Positions 1 to 9,669 of a DNA stretch of 64,000 nucleotides are shown here, piece after piece. A program made the position numbers and the translations under genes. The notes beneath the pieces are model-generated. The model ran no database searches. It was not told where the DNA came from and was given only the letters and a program-made list of their open reading frames with translations. Source of the DNA: an uncultured Eubacteriales bacterium (GTDB lineage Bacteria; Bacillota; Clostridia; Oscillospirales; Acutalibacteraceae); contig CAZRHF010000001.1 of assembly GCA_964599835.1 (NCBI GenBank), positions 14,556-78,555 on the forward strand, written 5' to 3'. Numbering within the stretch: the first letter of the stretch is position 1; each line of letters starts with the position of its first letter.

Positions 1-1230
1 GCAGACCTCTGCGGCATACTCAGCTTCAAGAGCCTTACGGTCCTCACCTGCTTCAAGACGGTCTTTGTAAAGAAGCTGTACGGCGGTCATAGGCTCGAGA
101 GTTCCGATAACGGCATCAGACCAGGCGTAAACCATATCGGGAGCGGCGGCAGAAGAAACGAAGGCGATGTAGGCACCTGCGATAGCATTGCCGGTAACTA
201 CCGAGATCTTTGCGGTGGTTGCTTCACTGTATGCGCTGGTTAAACCAGATACGGCCTTGACTCCTCCTGCAAGATCGCAGGCTTCCTTAGCGAGAATTCC
301 CTTACAGTCGACCAGAGTCACAACGGGAATTGAGAAAGCATCACAGAAACGGACGAACTTTGCGGCTTTTTTAGCGGCATCGGAGCAGAAATATCCGTCA
401 GCAATCTCCGGGTCGGTAGACACTAAACCGACAGAAGCACCGTTTACACGTGCAAAGCCTGTTTTGATGCATTTACCGAACTCGGCAGAGAGCTCGAAAT
501 AGCTTCCTGCATCACAGAGAGAATCCACAGCGTTGCCACCTACAGGCGCGGCAGGCTCGGTGAAGAGCGGCTCAGAAAGATTATTGGATGGCAGATACTC
601 AAGAACGGATACGGCAAGCTCGATTGCTTCCTTATCGGTATCTGCGGTAAGAGCGGCGGTTCCGTTCTTAGCGGCAAGCTTAGCAGTGCCGAGTTCGGAA
701 TCTGCCGAAGCGAAAGCAGGAGCTGTTATGTAAAGCTCTGCGTCAGCGGTCATAATAACTACGTCGGCAAGAGAAGCAAGAACAGCGGCACTACCAATGC
801 AAGGACCTGCAACTATCGAGATCTGGGGAACGACTCCCGAAATGTTTCCTGCGGCTTTTATAAGAGAACCGTAGGCTTCTAAAGCAGCGGCACCTTCATC
901 AAGATGTGCGCCGACAGAGTCAAATACCGAAACTACAGGTGCGCCGGTCTTAGTAGCAAGCTCGTAAACATGAGAGATCTTAGCTGCCTGAACCTTACCC
1001 ATTGCGCCCTTATTTATATCAATGCTTTGTGCATAGGCGTAAACGGGCATTCCGTTAACCTCGCCGTATGCGGCAACTACCTCACACTCGGTTCCGTTAT
1101 TCTTAAGAAAACGGTCGATCTCGGTGTAGTTTCCGCCGTCGAAAAGCATTTCAAGACGTTTTCTTGCGTTCGAATCTGAGAGGGCATTTACCTCAGAAGC
1201 GAACTTGTTGTTAGATAGTGTATCGCTCAT
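1..1230 (-). CDS. acyl-CoA carboxyltransferase (methylmalonyl-CoA decarboxylase alpha / propionyl-CoA carboxylase beta family), 3' end beyond window
   Basis: Absent from the ORF track because it runs off the window. Minus-strand ATG at 1230-1228 with GGAGGT SD at 1241-1236. My translation (MSDTLSNNKFASEVNALSDSNARKRLEMLFDGGNYTEIDRF..GAPVVSVFDSVGAHLDEG..ISIVAGPCIGSAAVLASLADVVIM..EAEYAAEVC) stays open for all 410 codons down to nt 1. The pattern is carboxyl-transferase-domain-like. Plus-strand ORFs 188-1179 are its shadows. Confidence 0.8.
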   Translation of the reverse strand, partial: MSDTLSNNKFASEVNALSDSNARKRLEMLFDGGNYTEIDRFLKNNGTECEVVAAYGEVNGMPVYAYAQSIDINKGAMGKVQAAKISHVYELATKTGAPVVSVFDSVGAHLDEGAAALEAYGSLIKAAGNISGVVPQISIVAGPCIGSAAVLASLADVVIMTADAELYITAPAFASADSELGTAKLAAKNGTAALTADTDKEAIELAVSVLEYLPSNNLSEPLFTEPAAPVGGNAVDSLCDAGSYFELSAEFGKCIKTGFARVNGASVGLVSTDPEIADGYFCSDAAKKAAKFVRFCDAFSIPVVTLVDCKGILAKEACDLAGGVKAVSGLTSAYSEATTAKISVVTGNAIAGAYIAFVSSAAAPDMVYAWSDAVIGTLEPMTAVQLLYKDRLEAGEDRKALEAEYAAEVC

Positions 1231-1345
1231 AATGTACCTCCACTTGATAAAGAATGTCGATAAAACATCAATTTATCACCAGTTTAATATTATATCACCC
1301 GGTTAAATATTTAACAAGTATTTTTTTGTAAAAAGCAGGTTAAAT

Positions 1346-2092
1346 TTAAAAGTTTTGTTTCGACTGTGATACGCTCATAAGCCGTTTAAGCTCTTTTTCA
1401 TTAAGATCACGCCATTTTCCCTGTCCAAGCATACCGAGTTTTATCCCGGCGATTTCGGTTCGTTTAAGTCGTAAAACCTCAAGACCTACCTTTTCACACA
1501 TTTTTCTGATCTGTCTGTTTCGGCCTTCGTGAATTATGAAATTAAGAACGGTGCGGCCTTCCTTACGCTCGATAACAAAAACGTCGCAGGGCAAAGTAAG
1601 ACGCCCGTCGCCGTCGATATCGATTCCCGATGCAAGCCTGTCAATCTGGTCGTCGGAGACCGACCCGTCGACCGTAACGCGATAGGTCTTATTTACGTGA
1701 GAAGACGGGTGGGTAAGCTTATTGGAAAACTCACCGTCGTTGGTCATAAGCAGAAGCCCTTCAGAATTTCTGTCGAGGCGTCCTACCGGAAATACCTTCA
1801 CAGGTACATCCTTTACAAGCTCGGCAACACATTTCCTTCCCATTTCGTCACTCATGGTAGTAACGAAGCCACGGGGCTTATGAAGCATTATGTAGACCTT
1901 CTCTTTTACGGCAACTACCGTTTTTCCTCTGACGGTAACCTTGTCGCGGATAGGGTCTACCTTATCGCCGATCATTGCTACCCTGCCGTTTACCTTGACC
2001 TTCCCCTCTCCGATAAGATCTTCGGATTTGCGGCGGGATGCAATGCCGTTGTCTGCAAGGAATTTCTGCAGACGGATCCTGTTATCCTTCAT
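1346..2092 (-). CDS. rluB: 23S/16S rRNA pseudouridine synthase, RsuA/RluB family
   Basis: S4 domain at the N-terminus (RLQKFLADNGIASRRKSEDLI). Catalytic core HKPRGFVTT and VGRLDRNSEGLLL. The start overlaps the upstream stop (TAATG). Confidence 0.9.
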   Translation of the reverse strand: MKDNRIRLQKFLADNGIASRRKSEDLIGEGKVKVNGRVAMIGDKVDPIRDKVTVRGKTVVAVKEKVYIMLHKPRGFVTTMSDEMGRKCVAELVKDVPVKVFPVGRLDRNSEGLLLMTNDGEFSNKLTHPSSHVNKTYRVTVDGSVSDDQIDRLASGIDIDGDGRLTLPCDVFVIERKEGRTVLNFIIHEGRNRQIRKMCEKVGLEVLRLKRTEIAGIKLGMLGQGKWRDLNEKELKRLMSVSQSKQNF

Positions 2093-2481
2093 TACAGCTC
2101 GGTCTCTTCGATAACGGTTTTCTTTTCGAAGATCTCCTTTACCTTTTTGATAAGCTCTGGGGCCTGGTCGATAAGCTTTTCGACGGGAGTAAGATTAGCG
2201 TTAACCTGAAGCATTTTTACATTATCTCCGCAAATGCTGATAAAGGCAATAGGCGTAACCGTAACGCCTGCACCGCCGCCACCGCCGAAAACGGGATTGG
2301 GATTTTTGGAAGGAATATCCGAGCCGCCCGTTGCAAGACCGAAAGAGACCTTGGAAACGGGTATAAGGGTAACATCGTCAACCTTTAAAGGAGTTCCGAT
2401 AATAGTATCGGCATCTACCATTGCTTTAAGATTTTCCATAGTAACGTTCATTATTGCTTCTATGCTATGATTGTTTGCCAT
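2092..2481 (-). CDS. ytfJ: sporulation protein YtfJ/GerW family
   Basis: MENLKAMVDADTIIG..VSFGLATGGSD..GGGGGAGVTVTPIAFI is the typical GerW/YtfJ pattern. AGGAGA SD upstream. Confidence 0.85.
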   Translation of the reverse strand: MANNHSIEAIMNVTMENLKAMVDADTIIGTPLKVDDVTLIPVSKVSFGLATGGSDIPSKNPNPVFGGGGGAGVTVTPIAFISICGDNVKMLQVNANLTPVEKLIDQAPELIKKVKEIFEKKTVIEETEL

Positions 2482-3094
2482 TGGTTATATCTCCTAACTT
2501 AAGTTTTATAATTTCAAATGCCGTAGACAGCACAAAACCTAAAATATGAACAAGCCTTACTTTAACGGTACCGCTCAGCAAAAATTCCATTTGGGCGGAA
2601 GTAAAATCGGTTCTTACCGAAATTTCCTTGGGATCAAATTTCATTGCGGCATCGAGCACCGACACAATAGGATAGACCGCAGAACATATCTTGCCGTATA
2701 AAAGTGCGGTATTTGAGGCATCGTCGGTGGCAACAGTAAGTCTCAGGACAGCCCTTTTAAACCGTATGTGTCTAAGAAGATTTTTAAATCGGGAAAGAAC
2801 AATTTTAAGGTAATCGAATATTTCAACAATAAGCTCGCCCTTATGCTTTGACGCAGCGTAATCCTTAAGGGTTTCGGTTAAAGTCTTTTTGTCATTTTGT
2901 TTCTCTTTTTTCTTTTTACGTTTCTTTTTTTGCTTTGCGTTCTTATTATCACTGTTGAAGCTGAATATTCTGATAAAGAGATAACTGATCTTAAATACCG
3001 TTTTTTCTCCGATATAAAGGGATATTTTAAGGGATGAAAATAAAAGCAAAAGAATAAGCCCAAGGACAGAAAAAAGAATTATCCATCCTGTCAT
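2465..3094 (-). CDS. YtfI-like membrane protein (DUF2953-like)
   Basis: N-terminal TM helix followed by a Lys-rich linker (KKKRKKKKEKQ). It sits directly upstream of and overlaps ytfJ, as ytfI-ytfJ do in Bacillus. The family call is from memory. Confidence 0.6.
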   Translation of the reverse strand: MTGWIILFSVLGLILLLLFSSLKISLYIGEKTVFKISYLFIRIFSFNSDNKNAKQKKKRKKKKEKQNDKKTLTETLKDYAASKHKGELIVEIFDYLKIVLSRFKNLLRHIRFKRAVLRLTVATDDASNTALLYGKICSAVYPIVSVLDAAMKFDPKEISVRTDFTSAQMEFLLSGTVKVRLVHILGFVLSTAFEIIKLKLGDITNGKQS

Positions 3095-3141
3095 TTTATC
3101 ACCCCTGATATTGTTTCACAAAAAGTTATAAATATTATCGG

Positions 3142-3705
3142 TTAAATGTCGGGACGAACTTCAAGCTGCTCGGCCACGTCGGTTTCTCTCTGCTCGTTCT
3201 CGGGCAGAGGAGGAAGATCGGATAAAGATTCAAGAGAAAAGCATCTCAGGAAATTTTTAGTTGTGCCGTAAAGAAGAGGACGACCGGGAAGTTCAAGTCT
3301 GCCGCGCTCTTCGATAAGGTCCTTCTCAATAAGAGTAGCAACGACACCGGAGCAGTCGACTCCCCTCACCTGTTCTATAAACGCCTTTGTGATCGGCTGA
3401 TTGTATGCAACCACAGCCAATACCTCGAGAGCGGCGGGTGAAAGAGGGGCCTTACGCTTGATGTCGAAGGCGGCTTTTATATAGGGCGCATATTCCTTTC
3501 TGGTGGCGATCTGAACGTGATCGTCAAGTTTTATTATCTTAAAGCCAAGATCGGAGGAATCAACGTGCTCGCAAACCTCCGAAATAAGCTTTTCAGTCTC
3601 TTTCGGTGTTAGCTCGAACACCTCGCCCAGTCGGGAAAGAGCAATAGGCTCACCGGAGGAAAATATTACGGCTTCAGCCGCTTTTACAAGTTCTTTTCTA
3701 TCCAT
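3142..3705 (-). CDS. scpB: segregation and condensation protein B
   Basis: AAEAVIFSSGEPIALSRL..ALEVLAVVAYNQPITKAFIEQVRGVDCSGVVATL..GRPLLYGTT. Start moved to the MDRKEL Met. It follows scpA with a short overlap. Confidence 0.85.
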   Translation of the reverse strand: MDRKELVKAAEAVIFSSGEPIALSRLGEVFELTPKETEKLISEVCEHVDSSDLGFKIIKLDDHVQIATRKEYAPYIKAAFDIKRKAPLSPAALEVLAVVAYNQPITKAFIEQVRGVDCSGVVATLIEKDLIEERGRLELPGRPLLYGTTKNFLRCFSLESLSDLPPLPENEQRETDVAEQLEVRPDI

Positions 3706-4423
3706 TTTTCTTCTTTTTCTCCTTAATGAGCTCAATTTCCATATTTTCGTTATCTCCCGAAACTACGACTCGGTTGGCTTTGGTAAGCTCAAGTACGGCA
3801 AGGAAGGTTGCAACCAGCTCGGATCTGTCTTTAGCGCTTTTATAAAGATTCATAAGACGCTTTTTACCTCTTCCCCAAAGATTGCGCATAACGAAAATTA
3901 TTTTCGACGAAACTGAATAAATCTTTTTCGCAACTATTTTTGTAAAGGCCTTGGTCGGAACGGCAATACGCCTGTCCATTCGTCCCATGGCGGTAACGTA
4001 GGCGTTGTAAACATCGACACTTTCGTGTGTGAGGACGTAGGTTTTATCGACCTCAAAAGGCTCAGGAGGACGAACAAAGGTATCGAATCCGTCGGTCATG
4101 CCTGAAAGGGTCTCGGCAACCTTTTTGCAGACCTGGTATTCAAGAAGTTCCCCGGTAAGCTCCTGTTTAAGCTGTTCGACCTCCTCGTGTTTAGGCAAAA
4201 GACTTACGGTTTTGATGTAGAGAAGGCGTGACGCCATTTCAAGAAACTCGCTGGCAACGTCCATTTCTCTGTCCTGCATAAGCTTTATCTGCTCAAGATA
4301 CTGCTCTACAAGAAGGGATATCTTTATATCGTAAATATTAAGCTTGTTGCGTGCGATAAGTTGAAGAAGGAGATCCAAAGGGCCTTCAAACTCTTCGGTT
4401 TTGTAAAGAATAACGTTTTCCAT
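3698..4423 (-). CDS. scpA: segregation and condensation protein A
   Basis: FEGPLDLLLQLIARNKLNIYDIKISLLVEQYL is the ScpA N-terminal signature. Paired with scpB. Confidence 0.85.
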   Translation of the reverse strand: MENVILYKTEEFEGPLDLLLQLIARNKLNIYDIKISLLVEQYLEQIKLMQDREMDVASEFLEMASRLLYIKTVSLLPKHEEVEQLKQELTGELLEYQVCKKVAETLSGMTDGFDTFVRPPEPFEVDKTYVLTHESVDVYNAYVTAMGRMDRRIAVPTKAFTKIVAKKIYSVSSKIIFVMRNLWGRGKKRLMNLYKSAKDRSELVATFLAVLELTKANRVVVSGDNENMEIELIKEKKKKNG

Positions 4424-4430
4424 TTAATAC

Positions 4431-5201
4431 CTATCCGAAAATAAGATTTAGGGGGACAGAAACTACGTTTTCGAAGAAACCGCTGACGGCGTTTTGTGCC
4501 ATAGAAAGCGGTGTGTCGAGAACGTTGGTGGCGATCAGAACGATAAGGGCAAAATAGAGATACTGCTCATACTGGATCAGCTTATAATAAAGCCTGTCAG
4601 GCAGAACGGCAAAAAGCACCCTTGAGCCGTCGAGAGGAGGTATGGGAATAAGGTTGAATACCGCAAGAGAGATATTTATAAGGGCGATAAAACTGAAGAA
4701 ATACCAAAGATATTCGAAGACGACGTTTCCGCCGAAGTTTCCCGTCGCAAAATCGTAAGTGAAGGAAGCACTGTACAAGTACCCGAAAAGGCAATAAAAG
4801 AAGGTTGAAATGAAAGCGACCACGAGATTAGAAAGCGGTCCTGCAAACGCGGTTATCGCCATATCGAGCTTAGGACGCTTGAAAATATGCTGATTGACCT
4901 GTACGGGCTTGGCCCATCCGAAGCCGAAAACGAGAATACAGAGTGCGCCGATATAATCGATATGCGCGAAAGGATTTAAGGTAAGACGTCCTGCGTATTT
5001 CTGTGCTCTGTCGCCAAGCTTATAAGCGGCAAAGGCGTGGGCGAATTCGTGCACAGGCATAGTAAGAAAAATGACGGTTAAGGCAGAAATAATGTAAATA
5101 ATGGCCTGGGTAAGGCTTGCTTCTCCACCCATAAGTAAACTAATTAACAATTTAGATAGCTCCGTTTCGTTACAAAATACCCCTTTTATCACATTATACA
5201 C
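4431..5201 (-). CDS. site-2 protease family (peptidase M50) membrane metalloprotease
   Basis: HEFAHAFAA HExxH motif inside a TM helix. Multiple TM segments. NLIPIPPLDGS motif. The GTG start at 5201 is uncertain; an alternative Met lies at 5132. Confidence 0.75.
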   Translation of the reverse strand: MYNVIKGVFCNETELSKLLISLLMGGEASLTQAIIYIISALTVIFLTMPVHEFAHAFAAYKLGDRAQKYAGRLTLNPFAHIDYIGALCILVFGFGWAKPVQVNQHIFKRPKLDMAITAFAGPLSNLVVAFISTFFYCLFGYLYSASFTYDFATGNFGGNVVFEYLWYFFSFIALINISLAVFNLIPIPPLDGSRVLFAVLPDRLYYKLIQYEQYLYFALIVLIATNVLDTPLSMAQNAVSGFFENVVSVPLNLIFG

Positions 5202-5221
5202 AATCTTATCCTAAAAAACAA

Positions 5222-5245
5222 GAAAAATCAGGGAAAAACCCTGAT
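5222..5245 (-). terminator. rho-independent terminator after the amidase gene
   Basis: Stem ATCAGGG/CCCTGAT (5227-5233 / 5239-5245) followed on the minus strand by a T-run. Confidence 0.6.
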
Positions 5246-5968
5246 TTAAATTATAAAATTATTATTAACGTAACCCGTTAATCCCTGAAAACTGATTTTT
5301 GTCCAATCCCCTGCCCTGTTTATAACGTTCAGTATGCTCCCGTTCGGTGCTTTTCCGATTATTGAAGCGCCTATATACGGCTCACTTCTGATGTTAAGGT
5401 TTCCGCCGTTTGTTGAAACGGTAACCGTATTACTCATCGGAAATACGAAGGGTATTCCAAAATAATCCGTAAGAGACAAAACGAGATTCTGCGCTATTGC
5501 GTCAATATTGTTTCTTATCCAGTCTGCGTCTTCGGGATTATCGTGATATGCAACCTCAGCAAGAACTGCAGGTGCTCTGGTTCTGGTGACCTCTCCGAGA
5601 GTTGTCGTCGCGACCGTTTCTACCTCCGACGGATCGGGATAGATAGTTTTGAAATTATTTGCAAATATCTCAGCTGCACGACTGCCGTTATAGCTGTATG
5701 GATAATAATAGAATTCCGCACCCTGAGCTGTACCGTCACGGGAAGCATTGGAATGAAGAGCAAGATGGAAATCGTAATTTCCGCTGTTTGAAGCCCTGAT
5801 AGAGGATGCCGCCGTCATATCGGGCGTATTCCTTACAAAGCCTATTCCCGATGAATTGAGATACGGTATCATTGCATCGGCAACAAGATTCATATATTCC
5901 TCTTCGTTTCCTCCGCCGAAATAAGGATTAAACTCCTGCGTAGACGGACTTAAATATATAGTAGGCAT
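5246..5968 (-). CDS. N-acetylmuramoyl-L-alanine amidase (Amidase_3-like) with C-terminal SH3b domain
   Basis: IYLSPSTQEFN..FHLALHSNAS..AEVAYHDN amidase pattern. C-terminal NIRSEPYIGASIIGKAPNGSILNVI..WTKISFQGLTGYV is SH3b-like. No signal peptide is visible. Confidence 0.8.
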   Translation of the reverse strand: MPTIYLSPSTQEFNPYFGGGNEEEYMNLVADAMIPYLNSSGIGFVRNTPDMTAASSIRASNSGNYDFHLALHSNASRDGTAQGAEFYYYPYSYNGSRAAEIFANNFKTIYPDPSEVETVATTTLGEVTRTRAPAVLAEVAYHDNPEDADWIRNNIDAIAQNLVLSLTDYFGIPFVFPMSNTVTVSTNGGNLNIRSEPYIGASIIGKAPNGSILNVINRAGDWTKISFQGLTGYVNNNFII

Positions 5969-6016
5969 AATAAACCGACCTCCCGTATCATTATATGAAC
6001 GGAAGGCCGATAATGA

Positions 6017-6562
6017 TTATTTTTCTAAACCGAACTGTTTCGCTGCATCTGATACCAGATTAGAGAACCAACAATAAAGAACCTCTCCGAGCTCCTGATA
6101 TATCGGGTCACCGTCATGACCGCAGAGCATTGCAAAGGTTTGTCCTACCCGACGGTCGATATCACTGCCTCTTCTGAACGCGAGATAATAAAAGGTAAAG
6201 GCGCCCGTATCGGAGGTATGTCCGTATATTGAGCTATACTTTGACTTTACCGTATCGAGGAAGCTTTTTTGTGCTATACCCGCGACAGAATCGCTTAAAA
6301 GTGCAGATTCAAAGGTGGCGGTGACCGTAAAGGATAAAAGGAGTATACGCTGAACCAGCATTTCGGCATCGGCATCTTCAACCGCATCGGAATAGGCATT
6401 GGATGCTTCGTAAAACTTATCGGCAACAAATTCACCCAGCTTTTTGGCCGCAGTCACCTGAGCCTCAGGTAAAAGGTCATCTGAAACAGCACTTAGGTTA
6501 TTACGTTTTATTGAATCGGAGGGGCGGTTGCCTGCAATTTTTATGTCTTTATCGTCGAACAT
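6017..6562 (-). CDS. hypothetical protein
   Basis: Long ORF in the operon position after the TSCPD gene. ATG at 6562, one nt after the upstream stop. No motif recognised. Confidence 0.5.
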   Translation of the reverse strand: MFDDKDIKIAGNRPSDSIKRNNLSAVSDDLLPEAQVTAAKKLGEFVADKFYEASNAYSDAVEDADAEMLVQRILLLSFTVTATFESALLSDSVAGIAQKSFLDTVKSKYSSIYGHTSDTGAFTFYYLAFRRGSDIDRRVGQTFAMLCGHDGDPIYQELGEVLYCWFSNLVSDAAKQFGLEK

Positions 6563-6563
6563 T

Positions 6564-6824
6564 CTAATCACTCATTTCTGCTCTGAGATTTTTAAGAGCT
6601 ACGGCAAGCTGATCGGGACATGAGGTGTTTTTATGTCCGCAGGCTATACCTGAGAGCTTTTTTATGACGTCATCAGCCCTCATACCCTCTGCAAGGGCAG
6701 AAATTCCTTTTAAATTTCCGTTGCATCCGCCTGCGAAGCGTATATTTGAAACAATCCCGTCGTTTACTTCAAAGAATATAGCCGCCGAGCACGTCCCACT
6801 AGTTTTATATGAGTAGGTCATCAA
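6564..6824 (-). CDS. TIGR03905-family TSCPD-domain protein
   Basis: 86 aa. YKTSGTCSAAIFFEV..IRFAGGCNGNLKGISALAEGM..GHKNTSCPDQLA matches the small 4-Cys TSCPD family as I remember it. Confidence 0.75.
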   Translation of the reverse strand: MMTYSYKTSGTCSAAIFFEVNDGIVSNIRFAGGCNGNLKGISALAEGMRADDVIKKLSGIACGHKNTSCPDQLAVALKNLRAEMSD

Positions 6825-6834
6825 AATTATTCCT

Positions 6835-7899
6835 TTACTTGTACTTGAATTTATTGCTTCTTACGGGATGGCGAAGCTTGCGAAGAGCCTTTGCCTCTAT
6901 CTGGCGGATTCGTTCACGGGTAACGTTGAATTCGCTACCGACCTCTTCAAGTGTATGGCATCTGCCGTCGTAAAGTCCGAATCTGAGACGTATAACCGCC
7001 TCTTCTCTGGAGGTGAGGGTCTTAAGAACCGCGTCAATATCCTCATTTGTGATCGTTTTTAAAGCGGCTTCATCGGGTGCTAATGCGTCGTCATCCTTAA
7101 TAAAGTCCATAAGACGGGAATCCTCCTCGGGTCCGATGGGAGTTTCCATAGAAACGGGCTCCTGAGCGACACGCATAATTTCACGGATACGCTCGACGGG
7201 AAGGTTCATCTTTTCGGCAATAAGCTCTTCGCTGGGCTCGTAGCCGTTTTCGTGAAGAAGCTGACTCTGTACCTTCTTAAGACGGTTGATCGTTTCTACC
7301 ATGTGAACGGGAATTCTGATGGTACGGGCCTGATCGGCAATAGCTCGGGTAATGGCCTGACGGATCCACCACGTTGCGTAGGTTGAGAACTTAAAGCCCT
7401 TGGTATAATCAAACTTGTCTACAGCCTTTATAAGTCCGACGTTTCCTTCCTGAATAAGATCGAGGAAGTACATACCGCGTCCGACATACTTTTTAGCTAT
7501 ACTTACAACAAGACGGAGGTTAGCTTCGGTAAGACGCTGTTTTGCCTTTTCGTCGCCGTCGTTGATCTTTATGGCAAGCTCGATCTCCTCGTCGGAGCTG
7601 AGAAGAGGTACACGTCCGATCTCGCGGAGATAGACCTTAACCGGATCGTCAAGGGACATATTCTCGAGTGCAACATCATCGTCGATATTATCAACGTTCA
7701 TTTCCTCAAGCTTAAGCTCATCGTCGGTAGGCTCCTCATCAAAATCCAGATCGAGTATCGGAGGCTCTTCGAAAAGCTCGCCCAGTTCTTCGGGAGCAGG
7801 CTCAAGATCATCGAAGGAGACTTCAGTTTCCTCGATAGGATCTTTATACTCTATTTCGTTCTTTTCGGTTTCACTAACCTTTTTATTTTCCTTTTCCAT
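6835..7899 (-). CDS. rpoD: RNA polymerase primary sigma factor
   Basis: Acidic region 1. Region 2 [27 protein letters not shown]. Region 4 [28 protein letters not shown]. Start moved to MEKENKK, directly after the dnaG stop. Confidence 0.95.
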   Translation of the reverse strand: MEKENKKVSETEKNEIEYKDPIEETEVSFDDLEPAPEELGELFEEPPILDLDFDEEPTDDELKLEEMNVDNIDDDVALENMSLDDPVKVYLREIGRVPLLSSDEEIELAIKINDGDEKAKQRLTEANLRLVVSIAKKYVGRGMYFLDLIQEGNVGLIKAVDKFDYTKGFKFSTYATWWIRQAITRAIADQARTIRIPVHMVETINRLKKVQSQLLHENGYEPSEELIAEKMNLPVERIREIMRVAQEPVSMETPIGPEEDSRLMDFIKDDDALAPDEAALKTITNEDIDAVLKTLTSREEAVIRLRFGLYDGRCHTLEEVGSEFNVTRERIRQIEAKALRKLRHPVRSNKFKYK

Positions 7900-7900
7900 T

Positions 7901-9655
7901 CTAATTCCCCTTTTTATTTTCTGCGATCCTTCGCATCTGACTTGCCCAGTCATCGTTATCGGTAATGACGTCCTTCATACTTTTTTCAGACCTCAGTACC
8001 GAAATACAGTCAATTAAAACCGATTTCGGATGGTCACCTTCAAAGCCGGTATTAAGCAGTTTTGAAATGTATCCTGCTTCTCTCGGCGAAAAGCGATCTC
8101 CCAGATCGGAAATTGAAAAATATTCAGAGACCTTGAGTCTCTCAAAGACTTCTTTGTACACCCTTCGGTTAAGTCCTGTGACAAAGCTGTCTTCGGTAAG
8201 TTCTTTTGAAGCAAGATCGAACAGGTCGGGATGCTTCATAATTATGGAGAGTATCATCTCTTCTGCGGCTACGGCACGCTCGTTTCCGAAGCGTTCGGGA
8301 TTAATATCTTCCCGATCAAACCGCTGTTCGGTTATTTTTTTTGATTCTATCTTGCGCTTAGTGTTTTCTTTCGAGCGTTTAAGCTGCGCGATCTTGGTCT
8401 TCAAAGCCTCCTTGGAGACCTCGTAGTCTTTGGAAAGCTTTGAAAGATAATAATCAACGGCAATTGGATCGTTATTGGTCGAAAGTATCTCGACGGCGTT
8501 GTTGAGATATTTTATCTTGGCCTCCTGCGAGTCGGCATCGATATTATCGGCTGCTTTCAAAAGCTTATATGAGGTTTCGGGTACGGCGAGATCAATAAGC
8601 TTCTGAAAATCGGAGGGTTTGTTGTTTTTCAGGAATTCGTCTGGATCCTTTCCGACGGGAAGCCTTAACACCTTTACCGAAAGTCCGGTCCCGGAAAGTG
8701 TGTTAAAAGCTTTTGAAACAGCAGTTTCACCGGCAAGGTCTGAGTCAAAGCAGATAATAAGTTCCTTAGTATATCGGCTTATGATCTGTGCCTGCTCCTT
8801 GGTAAAGGCTGTTCCGAGAGGTGCAACCGTGTTTTTAAACCCGGCCTGGTGAAGCGCCACCGCATCGAAATTCCCTTCTACCAGAATAAGCTGTTCGGAA
8901 CAGTTGGCCTTCGCAAGATTTAGTGCAAAAAGATTGTCACTTTTGTTGTAAACCAGAGTATCCTTGGTATTAACGTATTTAGCAACAGTCTTGTCCTCGG
9001 TCCTTCTTCGTCCGCTGAAAGCGACAACGTTCCCACGGACATTTATAACCGGAAACATAGAACGGTCACGGAAACGGTCAAAGTAGGTGCCCTTATTGCT
9101 TTTGATTGCAACGTCGGCCTGGACCATATCCTCAAAGGAAAAACCTTTACTGCGAAGATGTTTAACGAGAGAATCCCAGTCTGCAAGAGCCACACCCAGA
9201 CCGAAGGTCTTTATAGTAGCGGGAGAAAGGCCTCTTGACAGATAATAATCCATCGCCCACTTACCCGCAGGCTTTGAGAGATTCGAATAATAAAACCTTG
9301 CGGTCTCGCGGTTGATCTCGTATATGGTATTTCTTAAATTATGAAGCGAATCGTCCTGAGTTCCTTCGACTACCGTAACTCCGCAACGCTCTGCCAAAAG
9401 CTTTACCGCATCGATATAATCGAGGTTTTCGATCAGCTTTGTAAACGTGAAGACGTCGCCGCCCACCTTACAGCCGAAGCAGTAAAAGGATCCGTTTTCG
9501 GGATATACAGTAAAGGACGGTGTTTTTTCACCGTGAAACGGACAAAGGCCGATCAGATTTTTACCTCTGCGTTTAAGGGTGATGTATGAGGAGATCACAC
9601 TTTCAAGATCGCTTTTATACTTTATTTCTTCTATAACCGACTGTGGGATCGCCAA
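7901..9655 (-). CDS. dnaG: DNA primase
   Basis: Zinc finger [48 protein letters not shown] start with AGAGGTGA SD. Confidence 0.95.
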   Translation of the reverse strand: MAIPQSVIEEIKYKSDLESVISSYITLKRRGKNLIGLCPFHGEKTPSFTVYPENGSFYCFGCKVGGDVFTFTKLIENLDYIDAVKLLAERCGVTVVEGTQDDSLHNLRNTIYEINRETARFYYSNLSKPAGKWAMDYYLSRGLSPATIKTFGLGVALADWDSLVKHLRSKGFSFEDMVQADVAIKSNKGTYFDRFRDRSMFPVINVRGNVVAFSGRRRTEDKTVAKYVNTKDTLVYNKSDNLFALNLAKANCSEQLILVEGNFDAVALHQAGFKNTVAPLGTAFTKEQAQIISRYTKELIICFDSDLAGETAVSKAFNTLSGTGLSVKVLRLPVGKDPDEFLKNNKPSDFQKLIDLAVPETSYKLLKAADNIDADSQEAKIKYLNNAVEILSTNNDPIAVDYYLSKLSKDYEVSKEALKTKIAQLKRSKENTKRKIESKKITEQRFDREDINPERFGNERAVAAEEMILSIIMKHPDLFDLASKELTEDSFVTGLNRRVYKEVFERLKVSEYFSISDLGDRFSPREAGYISKLLNTGFEGDHPKSVLIDCISVLRSEKSMKDVITDNDDWASQMRRIAENKKGN

Positions 9656-9669
9656 ACAAGTTCACCTCT

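Noticed and set aside
2878-2960. Long A/T homopolymer-rich stretch (aaaaagaaa... on the coding strand), considered as a slippage or phase-variation tract or a hidden small ORF (2878-3063).
   Set aside because: It encodes the in-frame Lys-rich linker KKKRKKKKEKQ of the YtfI-like protein. The runs are interrupted and no frame disruption is seen. The 61-aa alternative-frame ORF is a shadow.
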